Origin: Welwitschia mirabilis
Lineage: Eukaryota
Reading direction: 5' to 3'
NCBI GenBank assembly: GCA_051453625.1
Contig: JBOZIK010000001.1
Coordinates: 2,432,622-2,496,621, forward strand
Length of the DNA stretch: 64,000 nt
Part shown: in pieces, positions 10,608 through 23,190 of the stretch
Position numbering within the stretch: the first letter of the stretch is position 1
How the letters are laid out: each line of letters starts with the position of its first letter
The notes under the pieces: generated by a model
Told to the model about the DNA's origin: nothing
Database searches by the model: none
What the model saw: only the letters and a program-made list of their open reading frames with translations
Translations under genes and position numbers: made by a program

Positions 10608-12119
10608 TGTTTTGCTGCCAATTTACAGTTATTTGATAAGGTTTTATGAGTTGTTTTGTAGGATTTTTATATAGGTTTATGTGCAACTCTGAGGATTTTG
10701 GAGATATGAGAAGAAATCTCAAAAAAGTATGATTATTATCCAAAATTGATGTATTAAAAGTACTTTCTAATAAGAATAGCATTGAAGAAGAATTCATGGC
10801 AAAAATGCTAAAGTTCTCTTCAAGGAAATGATTAAAGAAGACCATCATCCCCTCCATTGTCCACACGATAGACAAGACAATGAATGCTGATGTGGACTAC
10901 TGAGTTATCATTTTGAGAATATTTTATGATGTGCTATTGTCCCCTATGTCATCTGAATAATATTCAAGTTGAAACTGACATGTAACTAAATTTGACAGAT
11001 TTCCTTAATTATTTCATTCGTTTCAGAGTTATAAAGGAGTGCGCCTTGTCACATCTACTGTTTGTCCTTTTTTGCTATGTTTTTTTATAAATAAGTCTCT
11101 CTTAGACTTTCCTTCTCATCTTTATTGCACTGGACATTCGCGTAATAGGAGATCGAAGGGTGAAAGATTCATCTTGAATATTACACANNNNNNNNNNNNN
11201 NNNNNNNNNNNNNNNNNNNNNNNNNNNNNNNNNNNNNNNNNNNNNNNNNNNNNNNNNNNNNNNNNNNNNNNNNNNNNNNNNNNNNNNNNNNNNNNNNNNN
11301 NNNNNNNNNNNNNNNNNNNNNNNNNNNNNNNNNNNNNNNNNNNNNNNNNNNNNNNNNNNNNNNNNNNNNNNNNNNNNNNNNNNNNNNNNNNNNNNNNNNN
11401 NNNNNNNNNNNNNNNNNNNNNNNNNNNNNNNNNNNNNNNNNNNNNNNNNNNNNNNNNNNNNNNNNNNNNNNNNNNNNNNNNNNNNNNNNNNNNNNNNNNN
11501 NNNNNNNNNNNNNNNNNNNNNNNNNNNNNNNNNNNNNNNNNNNNNNNNNNNNNNNNNNNNNNNNNNNNNNNNNNNNNNNNNNNNNNNNNNNNNNNNNNNN
11601 NNNNNNNNNNNNNNNNNNNNNNNNNNNNNNNNNNNNNNNNNNNNNNNNNNNNNNNNNNNNNNNNNNNNNNNNNNNNNNNNNNNNNNNNNNNNNNNNNNNN
11701 NNNNNNNNNNNNNNNNNNNNNNNNNNNNNNNNNNNNNNNNNNNNNNNNNNNNNNNNNNNNNNNNNNNNNNNNNNNNNNNNNNNNNNNNNNNNNNNNNNNN
11801 NNNNNNNNNNNNNNNNNNNNNNNNNNNNNNNNNNNNNNNNNNNNNNNNNNNNNNNNNNNNNNNNNNNNNNNNNNNNNNNNNNNNNNNNNNNNNNNNNNNN
11901 NNNNNNNNNNNNNNNNNNNNNNNNNNNNNNNNNNNNNNNNNNNNNNNNNNNNNNNNNNNNNNNNNNNNNNNNNNNTTATACTATAGACTCAATGTGGATA
12001 TGACATTTTGGGTTAACTCCCATTATACTAGTATGATGTATTGTGTAAGATATCTATTTCAGTTATAAAGGATAGGATCTCTTTGAATGTAAAAACTTGC
12101 ATAAATACACACTGTAATA
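10608..12119 (+). repeat. 5' LTR of element A (contains N gap 11188-11976)
   Basis: Colinear with 17442-18520 on both sides of the gap. Confidence 0.9.
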
Positions 12120-12611
12120 AATTAGAGCCATTACCAGGGAAAGCTATCAAGGAGTACAAGGGCTGTCATCATTCAGATAAGTATATAAGACCTTTATAGG
12201 TTATTTATCTATGCGATGTTGTATTGTATTAGGAGTTGTAGGTTTTCTATGTCCAGTTTTCTAGTTTTAGTTTCTTTGCTTTTAATTTTCTATAACAAGG
12301 TATGGTTATTCCCTTTGTCATCCCCAAAATAAACAGGATGACAGTGTGTTATTTTTACTTTCAGTTTATTTTTGGATTGTAATTTTTTTGAGAAAAATAG
12401 TTTCTATCATATCCTATGATGCCTAGACAACTAAGAGGACAATAGTCTTATTTTTTGAGTTTTCTGCTATCAGTTTCCATTTTGGTTTTATTTTTTTTTT
12501 TTGCTAGTTTTATGTGTGTGTCATTCCCTCTATCATCCCCATAATAGATAGGACGATGGTTTGTTATTTTTATTTATTTTTTGTTATTTTTTATTTATAG
12601 GATGTTATAAT

Positions 12612-15090
12612 ATGGTCAACATAGAAAAGAGATAGCTTAGAGAAAACCTATTGATAGAAAAGAACATCAAAGAAAGATTGGTGGATATAGAAAACAAATC
12701 AGAAAAGAAATCTCTAAATGCACCTAAATCTCCTTTCAAATTTATTTTTACTAAGTTAGATTTTTTTAACAAAAATCCTATAGAAGAAGAAGACTAATTT
12801 ACAATGTCGGGTGTTTCCTGTAAGCAAAAAGAAGTCATAGGATCTTCTACCTCTAATGCTAATCTTACCTGAGGGAATTTTTAGTCAATAAAAAAAGAAA
12901 AATTCAAACACTTTTTAACCTACCTCAAGCAGATGATGTCACGCTTAAAAATTTACATGCCTATCCAAATTTTAGTGGAGAAGATGATGAAGATCCCCTT
13001 CAACACAGTGGAGATATTGAATAACTTATCGTCACCTTGGGAAATGGGAAGAAAAAAAATAATAAGATAGAACATATATAGTAATCTTTCCCATGATATT
13101 AAAGGATAGGGCAAAACTTTGACTGAAGACCATACCCCAAAAAATCTTAAAAACATGGGATCCAGTCTAAGAGACCTTTGTAAAGAGATTCAAGAGTGAA
13201 GAAACTGTGAGAAAAAGAAAAAAAGAGGTAAAAAACTTCTAATAAAAACCAAATGAAGATTATGCCTCTACTTATGAACATTTCTCTATAGCAGTCCACT
13301 CTAATCTAGTAGATGCCTTTTCAAGAGTAGAATAACTAGATCATTTTTATAGTAAATTAACTCCCCCATATGAAACAACTTGTAGATTTCTCTTGTGGTG
13401 AAAATCCCATGAACCTTAAACTAGAAGATGCCTAATCACAATTAAAAGAACTTATGGAGGTTAGTCAAACTTAGTTAATAACTAAAGAAAATCAAATTAT
13501 AGGCCAACTTCTCAAAGACTTAAAAGAGGTTAAACAACAAGAAGAGGTAGAATCCAATCAAGTAAATCCCATAAAAGATTTTATAACAACCTTGAAGAAG
13601 TATGTGGAAATGATCTTAGATGCTAAAACCACAGTTGAAAAAAATGTTATGCAAACTTGTAACTCATGTGAAGATAATTATCATATCACTAAAAACTATC
13701 CTTATTTGTCAACATATAAATAAAGAATTCGTGAAGAAGTTTGTGCTTTCAACCAACCACCTCAAAATTTTTGAAACCAAAATCAAGTACAACTAAGGTT
13801 GAACAATCATTTACAAAATAATTCTTAACCTTTTAGAAACTAATTCGAAAACATAAACTATCCACTAGGGCCATCAAACTTTTAATATCTAAATGATTAA
13901 CTCACGAACCTTATGGATGAACTTAGAAAAACAAATGTCAACATAGAAAAGATGGTAAAAATCTTTCAACAAACAATCTTAGCAAACCAAAGACCTCAAG
14001 GAACTTTAGCAATACAACCTTTACAAAACCTAAATAAACTAAGAAAAGATTATAAGGTTGTAACAAGAAGTGAACAAGAAATAAACCCTCCTCTATGTAA
14101 ACCTTCCACCTCCTAAAATAACTTTAAAAATGATAAAGAAGAATAGGACAAGGATATTGAAATATTAGAAGATTACAACTTCCTTTGTCTTGAAAAAAAG
14201 AAAAAGAAAAATCCTTCTCAACAAATCACTTCTTGGATGGATAGGATTAATAAAAATTCAACTTTCAATGATTACTTAAAAGTCATAATGAAAACTATAA
14301 GCATAAAGTTACCCTTTTAGAAAATTTTATGAGAAAATACAAGGTACTCAAAATTATGGAAGGAATAAATAAGAAGAAAACATAAATGAGTTATTCTTAG
14401 TAAAGTCTTTCTTGCCCAATCCCTCATAAATTTAGTGTTACTAAAATCACCCAAATTTAAAGATCTAGGAGTAGCAATGGTAAATGTTACTATAGTAAAA
14501 AACAAAAAGATTAAGAAATCTTTGATTGACATTGGAGAAAGTGTTAAAATTATGTCACTTCACATTTGTAAGAGACTTGGTTAAAGAGGATAGAATAGAG
14601 CCTACTTTGGTTGTCTTAAAATTAGTAGATACATCAGTTAAAAAATTGATAGGCATCATTAAAGATTTGGAAATACAAATGGAAGAGGTTTTCTACCCAT
14701 AGATGTGATTATCATAGAAGTAGAGCATAATAGATGATACCCTTTACTTCTAGGTAAAGCCTTTTGTACAATAGCCCACTGCATCATTGATATAAGAGTA
14801 GCAATAATGAAATGTCATTTTAGAAATAAAACATTTACCATTAGAGTTTTTGATGTAGTTAAGAAAGATTTAAGTGATGATAAAATGAATATTAAAATTA
14901 ATATCAAACCAACTTTATTTTTACAACATCCCCCACTTAAAGAAAGAGAGATGAAATCAAATGAGCATGTGCTTTGTGATGACAAACTTAAGAATTAAAA
15001 AAAACCTTTAGAGTATAAGAAAGTTCAACTTTTTGATTCACACCTTGAAGGAGGTTGTCCATTACATGAACTGATAAATTATAATTTGAA
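12612..15090 (+). pseudogene. Athila-type gag-aspartic protease pseudogene
   Basis: YPNFSGEDDEDPLQH (~12962-13006, cf. LPxFxG..EDPxxH gag motif). CNSCEDNYHITKNYP (~13658, zinc-knuckle-like). FKDLGVAMVNVTI...SLIDIGESVKIMSLHICKRLG (~14456-14582, cf. KDPG...ALCDLGASINLM) and PLLLGKAFCTIAHCIIDI. No RT motif follows. Confidence 0.85.
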
Positions 15091-16276
15091 TTTGAATGAA
15101 ATTTCTTTATTATACTTAAAATAAAACTTTTGCATTTCATGAAAATCTTTTATCAAAGTTACCATTTCTCTCCCCTCTGACTGCCAAAATTTGTGCTTTG
15201 ATGTGGCATCATAGAGTGCTCTTTATTACTCCTCTCTTCATTTAATTGATTTTACTTGAAAGTAATTGCACATCTCTTGTGTTTTATCAACTAGTAAATT
15301 TTTGGTTTGGATTTTATTTCTTTGAAAAACTTAAGATAAAAATAGATCCTTAAATTTTCCTTCTTTTCTTTTAATAAGTATGTTTTAGATTTAGGATTTT
15401 GAATAAAATTGCATGCCTTACTATTTTCTTTTTAGTTTTCTATTTTTGATAGTATCAGATTTCATTTTCCATTTTCATTTTTTATTATATTTGCAGTTTT
15501 TATTTTTTCTGATTCTATAGTAATAATTCATTGTCTCCTCTCTTATTCCCATAATAATGTGGACGATAGTCATTTTTGTTAATTTTCTTAGTTTTCTGAT
15601 TTTTTTAATCTATTCTAATAATTTTTGTTTTTCTGTTCTTGTCGTCCTATCTGTTGTCTGAATAGTGAGAAGGACAACAGTTAATAAAATGTTAATTTTT
15701 TTTTATTTTAAGAAAATACATCTTTATGGATCTATTGAGATTTCTAACTTAACTGCTTGAGAGTTGCAGGAAGTAAATGAACAAAATTTGGAATTTCATG
15801 GGCAAATCGTCTGAATTTTCTCTTAGCTTTTTCCTTTGCAAGATTATTATGGCATTACTTAATTATTTTTTCAATCTTAACTTATGTATTTATTTTCATG
15901 ATTAGTATCTAACTTGGGCATTTCATTTGTAAGATTGGATGGCTTAGGACATTCACATGTCCATGAACTTCAATTGAAGAAAGATGCTTTATTTTCATAT
16001 TTTTCTCAATGGTGAAAAGGTCTTATATTATTTAAGAGTGTTATTTTCTGTCCTAATCTTATGAATTTCACCTTTTTCTTTTAGAGCATTTGGTCATGTG
16101 GAATGTTGTTTTGTTCTTTTCCAAAAAAAAAAAAAGAAAAAAAAGGAGAGAGAAAGAGTAAAATAAAGACCATGATGTTTTATATTTATAATATCTCAAA
16201 AACATGATCATCATGATGTCCTACCACAAGTAAACGGGAGCAAATATTTCTGAGAGGAGCCTTTGATAGCGTAATA

Positions 16277-16376
16277 TGGCAGCTATGAAAACTCCACTAG
16301 GAGGTTAGTTGGCCATGCTTCATGGGTGGTAGCTATAGGAACTCCACTGGGAGGTTAGTTGTCCATGCTTCATGGG
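16277..16376 (+). repeat. 50-bp tandem duplication in the conserved 3'UTR block
   Basis: TGGCAGCTATGAAAACTCCACTAGGAGGTTAGTTGGCCATGCTTCATGGG is followed by a copy with 6 mismatches. Confidence 0.95.
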
Positions 16377-17441
16377 TTCTTACTTCTCTGACTGTGGTTG
16401 CATTTCCCTCATCATGAATAATAAAATTGTATTTAAACTTTAAGGCCACGGGATCAGTGGTGTTCTTGGTGTCATTAGAGACATTTCTTGTTTCGTAGAC
16501 TCTTAGTCTTTCCACATGATTATTTCATTTTTTGAGATTTGGATGTTTATTTTAAGATGATGACAAGAGAGTTTATTTTTAAGTAATTCTTTAGTTTAAT
16601 CATTCATTGTTTAAAGAATTTTACTCTAACATCATCATAATCACTACCTTATCTAATAAAATTTTTGTTCATTAAGCCATGCGCTTTCCACATCAAGTGA
16701 TGTTATAGTTTCTTTCATGGGAATTTGCTAGGTTAAAATGTTAGATTAATGAGCTATCTTTTTTTTATGTTATCTTTTGCCCCTCCTTCTTGTTTTTTTT
16801 TTTTTTTTTTGTGGTTTGATTAGATATTTTAAAGTCATTACCATATTTTCTTAGCATGTTTTCCTTGTTTAAGTTTTTAATAAAAGGTAATTTATTGCTT
16901 AGAGAAGTGTTTTCTTAATAAATTTGGATTTTATTTTCTTTAGATTTTTGGTGTTGTAAATACTGCTAATTTTCTTTTTATGATAAAACATTTTTATTGT
17001 CCACTCTTTTCTCTGCTTATCAAAATATTTCATATCTCTATATTTTTCAAATCTAACATTACTTAGCTTTGCACCTCATTTTGGAAAGTTGTCCTCTTTT
17101 ACCTACGTTCTCACTTACGTTTACCTTCTTTACTTTATTTTCCAATATAGGATGTATTGCCTTTTCTTTTATTGGGGGAGTGGGGAGGGGGGAGGAAGGG
17201 ACAAAGACCCATTTTAATGGCTTATTTTTCAAAAATTTTAAACTTAATTTAGAGCTTTCATGACTTAAAATTTTCAAATTTTTATTTAAATTATGCATTA
17301 CTTGTCATTTATCTATGTGATATGTTTTATGAGCATGTTTAATAACTTCTAGATTTATCTTTTGAAAAATAAATTGACTCACAACTATGATTTTTGCATC
17401 TAGGTTTTTTTAGGAATTGACAAATGCTAAGTGGGGCTCTA

Positions 17442-18520
17442 TGTTGTGCTACCAATTTACGATTATTTAGTGGGGTTTTATAAGTTGTTTTACAGGACTT
17501 TATATAGGTTGAGGTGCAATTCTAAGGATTTTGGAGATAAAAGAGGAAATATTGAAAAAGAGCGATTCTTATCCAAAATTAATGTATTAAAGGCACTTTC
17601 TAATGAACAGATCTTTGAAGAAGGATTTATGTTAAAAATGGTAAAGTTTCTTCAAGAAAATGATCAAAGAAGATAGTCATTCCCTCCATCGTCTACACGA
17701 TGAACAAGATGATGACTATTGATGTGGACTATTGAGTTATCATTTTGAGAATATTTTATGATATGCTATCATCCCCTATGTTGTCCAGATGATAGTCTGA
17801 ATGACACTGACATGTAACCAACTCTAACAGATTCCCTTAACCATTTCGTCCATTTCTGAGTTGTAAAGAGTGCAACTTACTACACCTTTCATTTATCCTT
17901 TTCTATTTTATTTTCTTATAAATAAATTTCCCTTTGACTCTCCTTCTTATCTTTGTTGCACCAGACATTCTCGTGATAGGATATTGAAGGGTGGGATATC
18001 CATCTTGAGTGTTGCAGAAGGACAAGCACTTGGTGAAGGGCTGTGTATCCTCCATTAAGACCCAGCTGTTTTGCAACCTAGATGCTTGTTACTTTTTTAA
18101 TATAAAACTTAGTTTTCTTTTTATTTTTGCATCTTATATTCTCTAATTACCATTATGGTTTATGAGTGCCCTTGATTTGGTGATAATTTCTTGGGTGATA
18201 GAGATCATTAAGGCTAGCCTTTATTAAGGCTGAAAACAAGTAGTGTTAGGGTTATTTTTGTGTTGCATATTAGTTTAGATTGCATATTGCATATTGCATT
18301 TTGCATTCTATCTTTATTTTCTTACATTATTATTTATTTCTAGTTTCTATTCTTTTACAAAGCAACCTAATTCTCATACTCATAAACTTTAATGAGAATA
18401 TGACATTTTGGGTCTACTTCCACTCATACTAGTGTGTTTTATTATGTAAGATATTTATTTACTTTATAATTAATAGAATCCTTTTGAGCCTAAGCACTTA
18501 CATAAATAAACACCACAATA
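17442..18520 (+). repeat. 3' LTR of element A
   Basis: TG start after the PPT; ends ACCACAATA followed by the TSD GTAGA. Confidence 0.9.
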
Positions 18521-21500
18521 GTAGACAATAAATGAGTAAAAGAAAGGTTGAAAAAAAAATAAAAGCAAGAAGAACATTCATCCTAATCAAGTTGTATAAT
18601 TTATACTTTATAAACAACCATTTGATATTCTTCTATTAATTCCAATGGTTTTTGTTTCAACATATTTTGATACAAAATATTAAATACCATAGAAACATAA
18701 GTAGGAGTTTCTCAATTGGAATCTTATTATTAGTAATCAAGGTAGGGGGGAAAAAAGTTACTTATCTTTTACTTTCATTTTTTAATTTAAATGAGATTTA
18801 TGAAAAACCATATCCTACTCATCAATTTACTAATTTTATTACTCAAATCAAAATCCATAACTAGGCATTGTTGGATTAGAAACTAGTTAATAGATGTCTA
18901 AATTTAACATCTAATTCACATGAAATACATTAAATCTCACACTTCATATGCCTTAAATATTTAGATTTCTTGAAATAGAAAAGGTCTCATGATAAAGTTA
19001 AACCCAAGTACTAGATTAGATGTTTGAATTCCTATTTTTTATACCATGGAACTACCTTGTAAATATTTTTAACTTATTATTCCATTATATACTTTATTAT
19101 GGATATACCCATCTTTAGAGATAATACATTCAAGTTGAAGTCAAAGCAACTCCACAAGGGATCACATGCATAATCTATAGTTTCATAGATAATAATGGCT
19201 AAATTAATTAAATTTCTAGAATTTTTTATTTATAAACATAATACATTACAATAATTTTGTATAATACTTTAATGATAAGAAACACAAGATAGAACCATTG
19301 TTATGAAACATGCCAATTTTGAATAGCTCCACGTTACAAGTTTTCTAGATAAAAAATGAGTCTTCAATGCAGCTAGAAAAGGTTTAGTAGAAAGGAAATG
19401 AGTATTACACAAAAGAGTAATTGACAAAGGTGTAGTAAAAAGTAACTAAGAATGAAACAAGATAGACTATCTTAATACATGTTTTTGACTTGCTAGAATT
19501 CTAGGAGATATCTTATAGTCTCAATGAGTTCATGATAAATCATCCTTGAGTAATCTTAGTTTTGCAAACTATGTCTATGATAACTAAAGAACATTTAGAT
19601 TATAACCTACATTTAGATAAAACTTTATATAACTATTTTTGTCTTTAGCAAAAAAGTAATCATGTACAATTATCTTGAATGTTTAGGATTTTAGCATAGC
19701 ACCTCACTAAAAGGAATTTCTTGCATACATAGTTTTTATAATCATAGAAAATAATTAAAGGGCATTAAATTAGGGACTACGACTATGGAAGGAATCTAAA
19801 AGACTTTAAATTAGTCTAAGATTAGGGTTCTACAAGACCAATCTTTCCCAAATCTATCTAGAGATTGCTAGATGCTCATATAAGAACTGAAAATCATAGG
19901 TATGCCCAAAATGTTTGTACAATATATTTTTTTAATTCTATTTTAGCTAGATCTCTAATTTTTTCCTATGTTTCAAAGTGTTATAAATTATAAGAATATT
20001 GTGTATTAATGAGAAATCTATGTAAAAATATTTTATATCATGGTCAGTAATTTTGAGCATTTGGCATATGCATATCATATCATTTTCTAACTTAGGTTGA
20101 AAACCAATTTCTACCAATTCCAATCCTTAATCATTATCTATTTTCTACTTCTCTTATTTCTATTAAAACCTACAATATCATTTTTTTCTCATTCATTTTA
20201 GTTCTACAAATACATTTTTATGTATAAAAGAAAAAAAGTTTAATTAAAATTTAGATGCAAAAAATAGTGCTATTTATCTAGTTAAAATAGAAGAGTGAAG
20301 AAATAAGCAAAAGGACTTGTACTTTATAACAAGAAGAGATTGTAAAGGTAAGAAGATACAAAATAATTATAATAAAGGAAAAATATTTGTCTCTATTAAA
20401 CACAGCTATAGAAAATTATTATGCTCATACTTTTAAGGCAAAAATCAAAGGAATCTTAATGCCATTTTCATTATCCTAGGTTATGTTAGGTTTATTTTAT
20501 GAATAAATGATTTTATTAGATTCTCTGTGAACAATGGGTTTCCTTCATATTTATGTACAATCATATTTGAAAAGATCATTCAATATGCATTAATATTACA
20601 AAAGTACAATTTATTTTTAGGCCTTCTTTCACTAAGTAAAAATTATACATAATGATTTTAAAAATATTCAGGATTTTCACTCTATGGTTCATAACTTAAA
20701 TATTGTGGTCTAATGATTTTCTTTAAGTATTTAGCTTTCTATAATCTAATGATTAAACCTACATCATAGTATTATCTTACACTTATATATGAGCAAAATA
20801 ATTTATATGCATGCTTTAGAGAAACTAATGTTTAATTCACAGTAGTGAAAATATTTATAATGGTTTAAGTAATTGTCAAGTAATAAAGAACCAACTTATT
20901 TCTTTTCCTAGGCTAAGTAATAGACTTTTTTATAGTCTTAAATTCTAAAGTTTTTTTTTTTTTTTTTGTAATTTTGGTTTTTCTTTTTTTTATGAAATAT
21001 TATGAAATGCTAAGATGATAACTTAAAACATTGGAAAGTTTATAGAAAGTAGTTCTATTAAACTTACATGATGATTTGAATCATTAGAGCTATAGATAAT
21101 TTTACATACTAAGTAACAACTTGAAAAATAGCCAAATTTCATTTTAGATGATTATTTAAGCTTTTAATTGTTTTAAATAATTTACAATTTTTTTATCTTT
21201 TGAAGATGCTATAGCTTATTTTCTATCAACATCTTCCTCAATATCTACCCCATACAATATAAGCCCTTTCAACCTATTTGAATACTACATTAATTTTTCT
21301 AATGCATCCAAAAATATGAATAATTCATATTACCCAAATAACATCACTTCTAGTAATATGAGGTTTTGGTTGGTGGAATAATAAATTTTGCACATCTTTG
21401 AATCATAGAATCCTTGATATATAATAATTTATAATAATTATCATTCATTAGTTATATACATTTTCATCATATCTATATAATTGAAGAATCCTAATTTTTA

Positions 21501-21825
21501 AACAAAAACTAATGTAATAAAAGAAGAACAATTGAATAAGATTAAAGTAAATTAAATTTCTTCATATTTAGAAAAAACTTCCTCCTACTATGAAAATCAT
21601 TATAAGACTTAACAAAAATAGTTAATATTGGAACCTACTCTTAAGTGAGATGAAAATATAAATATATTTGTTATTGTAAAGGCATTTGGATTAAGGAATA
21701 TAACATATATAGTCAATTTTCCATAATTGCTTTTATTTGTTACAACTGCTTCTTAATCCTTATTCTTCTTGATGTTGTCCTAGCTTAGAACATAATGCAT
21801 ACTTCATTGATGGAGTAAGATCCTT

Positions 21826-21992
21826 CCAATACAAAACTCATGATGGTAGAGCAAGACCCTTTTCCACATAGTACTTGTGAGAATAGAGAAAGAGTTAGTT
21901 CCATATAAAACTCATGATGACATAACAAAACCCCTTTTCATACAGATTCATGATAGCTAACATGTGGAGCAAGTCTATTTTTCACATAGCAT
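21826..21992. repeat. Degenerate tandem repeat (~70-75 bp units) near the CACTA terminus
   Basis: AAAACTCATGATG at ~21833 and ~21907; GAGCAAG...TTT(C/T)CACATAG at ~21849 and ~21967. Confidence 0.55.
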
Positions 21993-22256
21993 ATAATGAA
22001 ATAATGAAATTTACTCATTAATCCATTTAAGTAATTAATAGTCTATTAGAAAATTTATCAAAAAATATTATATTTAATCTTTGTTAGGGAATTTTAAAGA
22101 ATTCCCCTTTTTCCTTACATAGTTAAGGCATTTTTTAAGATAAATGTTNNNNNNNNNNAATACATGTAGGATGTTCATTTTAAAAAAGTATCCTAATAAG
22201 TATTTTTAAGCGTGTTTATTAAAATGACATCCTAATAACTCTAATTCCTAGTAGTG

Positions 22257-23190
22257 ATAATAACTTCGTGTAAAAGCATAAGTACTAAAGTAAATTCATG
22301 TAGCTTTTAATTCCAACTCAAGTAGAACAACATAATTTGATCCATCATAGACATGAGTGCTTATGTAGTCTAAACTCAAGTATAATGGACTAATCTCATC
22401 CATCATAGATATGAAGATGATATATCCAAGTCACCTAGACTTCACAACAAGAATAAAATAAGCATGAAAAAGATCCATCGAATAAATATTTAGGTTATTT
22501 AATTTAGAATGATAAAAAAATCATTAAGTAGATTTTAAAGTAAAATCATTCTTCAACCAATCCTAAGCCTAACAAGTATAAAATAATCATAAGTTGATAT
22601 CAAAGCAATGCATCAAGAACATGTAACACTTTATTATCTAAAAGTAAAAGAATACAATATGAAAATTTACTCATGATAACCCAAAGGATATCATGCTATC
22701 TTTATAGCTAGCCAATCCCTATAGAAAGCTTAGAAAGAATTCATGACTAAAACTACAATCTCATTGATAATGATATGATATGATCCTCCTCAAGTGAAGA
22801 GAGGTAGGGTATTTATAGGCTATGATTAGGGACTATAATTAGGGTTAGAAGGTCATTATTTAGAATAACCAAATTTAATGGGATTGTTCTTTAGTCATGA
22901 AGTCAAATTTAAGGTTCTTATTAGAAACTCTTTCTTGTTTATCTTTTTTTTTTTTTTTTTGCAAAAATGATCAAAATGAATATTTGGCATTAAGAAAACT
23001 CAAGAACATAAATATGGTTCTATTCTAATTAAAGTAACTAACATCACTACTCCTAGTATTAGTGTTACCTTTAATTATGCTTAATACACCTTCATCCTTT
23101 ACCAAAATGCTCTAGATCATATATTTATACTATAAAATGATAGCATTAAGGTAGATTATTAGTAAAACTAGATTTTCATGGCCTTATTAA
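22257..23190 (-). repeat. Degenerate LTR fragment
   Basis: A reverse-strand TATA box (GGGTATTTATAGG, ~22807-22819) in LTR-like context. Boundaries are approximate. Confidence 0.4.

Larger units (their letters stand above)
10608..18520 (+). mobile_element. Full-length degenerate Athila-lineage LTR element with gag+protease only (element A)
   Basis: 5' LTR 10608-12119, 3' LTR 17442-18520, and a 5-bp TSD GTAGA at 10603-10607 and 18521-18525. PBS TTAGAGCCATTACCAGGGAA (~12122-12141) is a decayed TTGGCGCCGTTGCCGGGGA (tRNA-Asp). PPT GCTAAGTGGGGCTCTA precedes 17442. Confidence 0.92.
5104..22256 (-). mobile_element. Putative extent of the CACTA element (one terminus to tnp2), interrupted by the LTR element at 10608-18520 and abutting the LTR ending at 5103
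   Basis: TTCCTAGTAGTG ending at 22256 reads CACTACTAGGAA on -, next to subterminal-like repeats (ATCCTAATAA twice, ~22190-22240). It lies upstream of tnp2 in the same orientation. Linking this terminus to tnp2 is inferred; the other terminus is not seen. Confidence 0.5.

Noticed and set aside
11039-11986. 315-aa ORF, and likewise the 211/201-aa ORFs at 45094-45729 and other X-rich ORFs
   Set aside because: They are open only because they run through N gaps.
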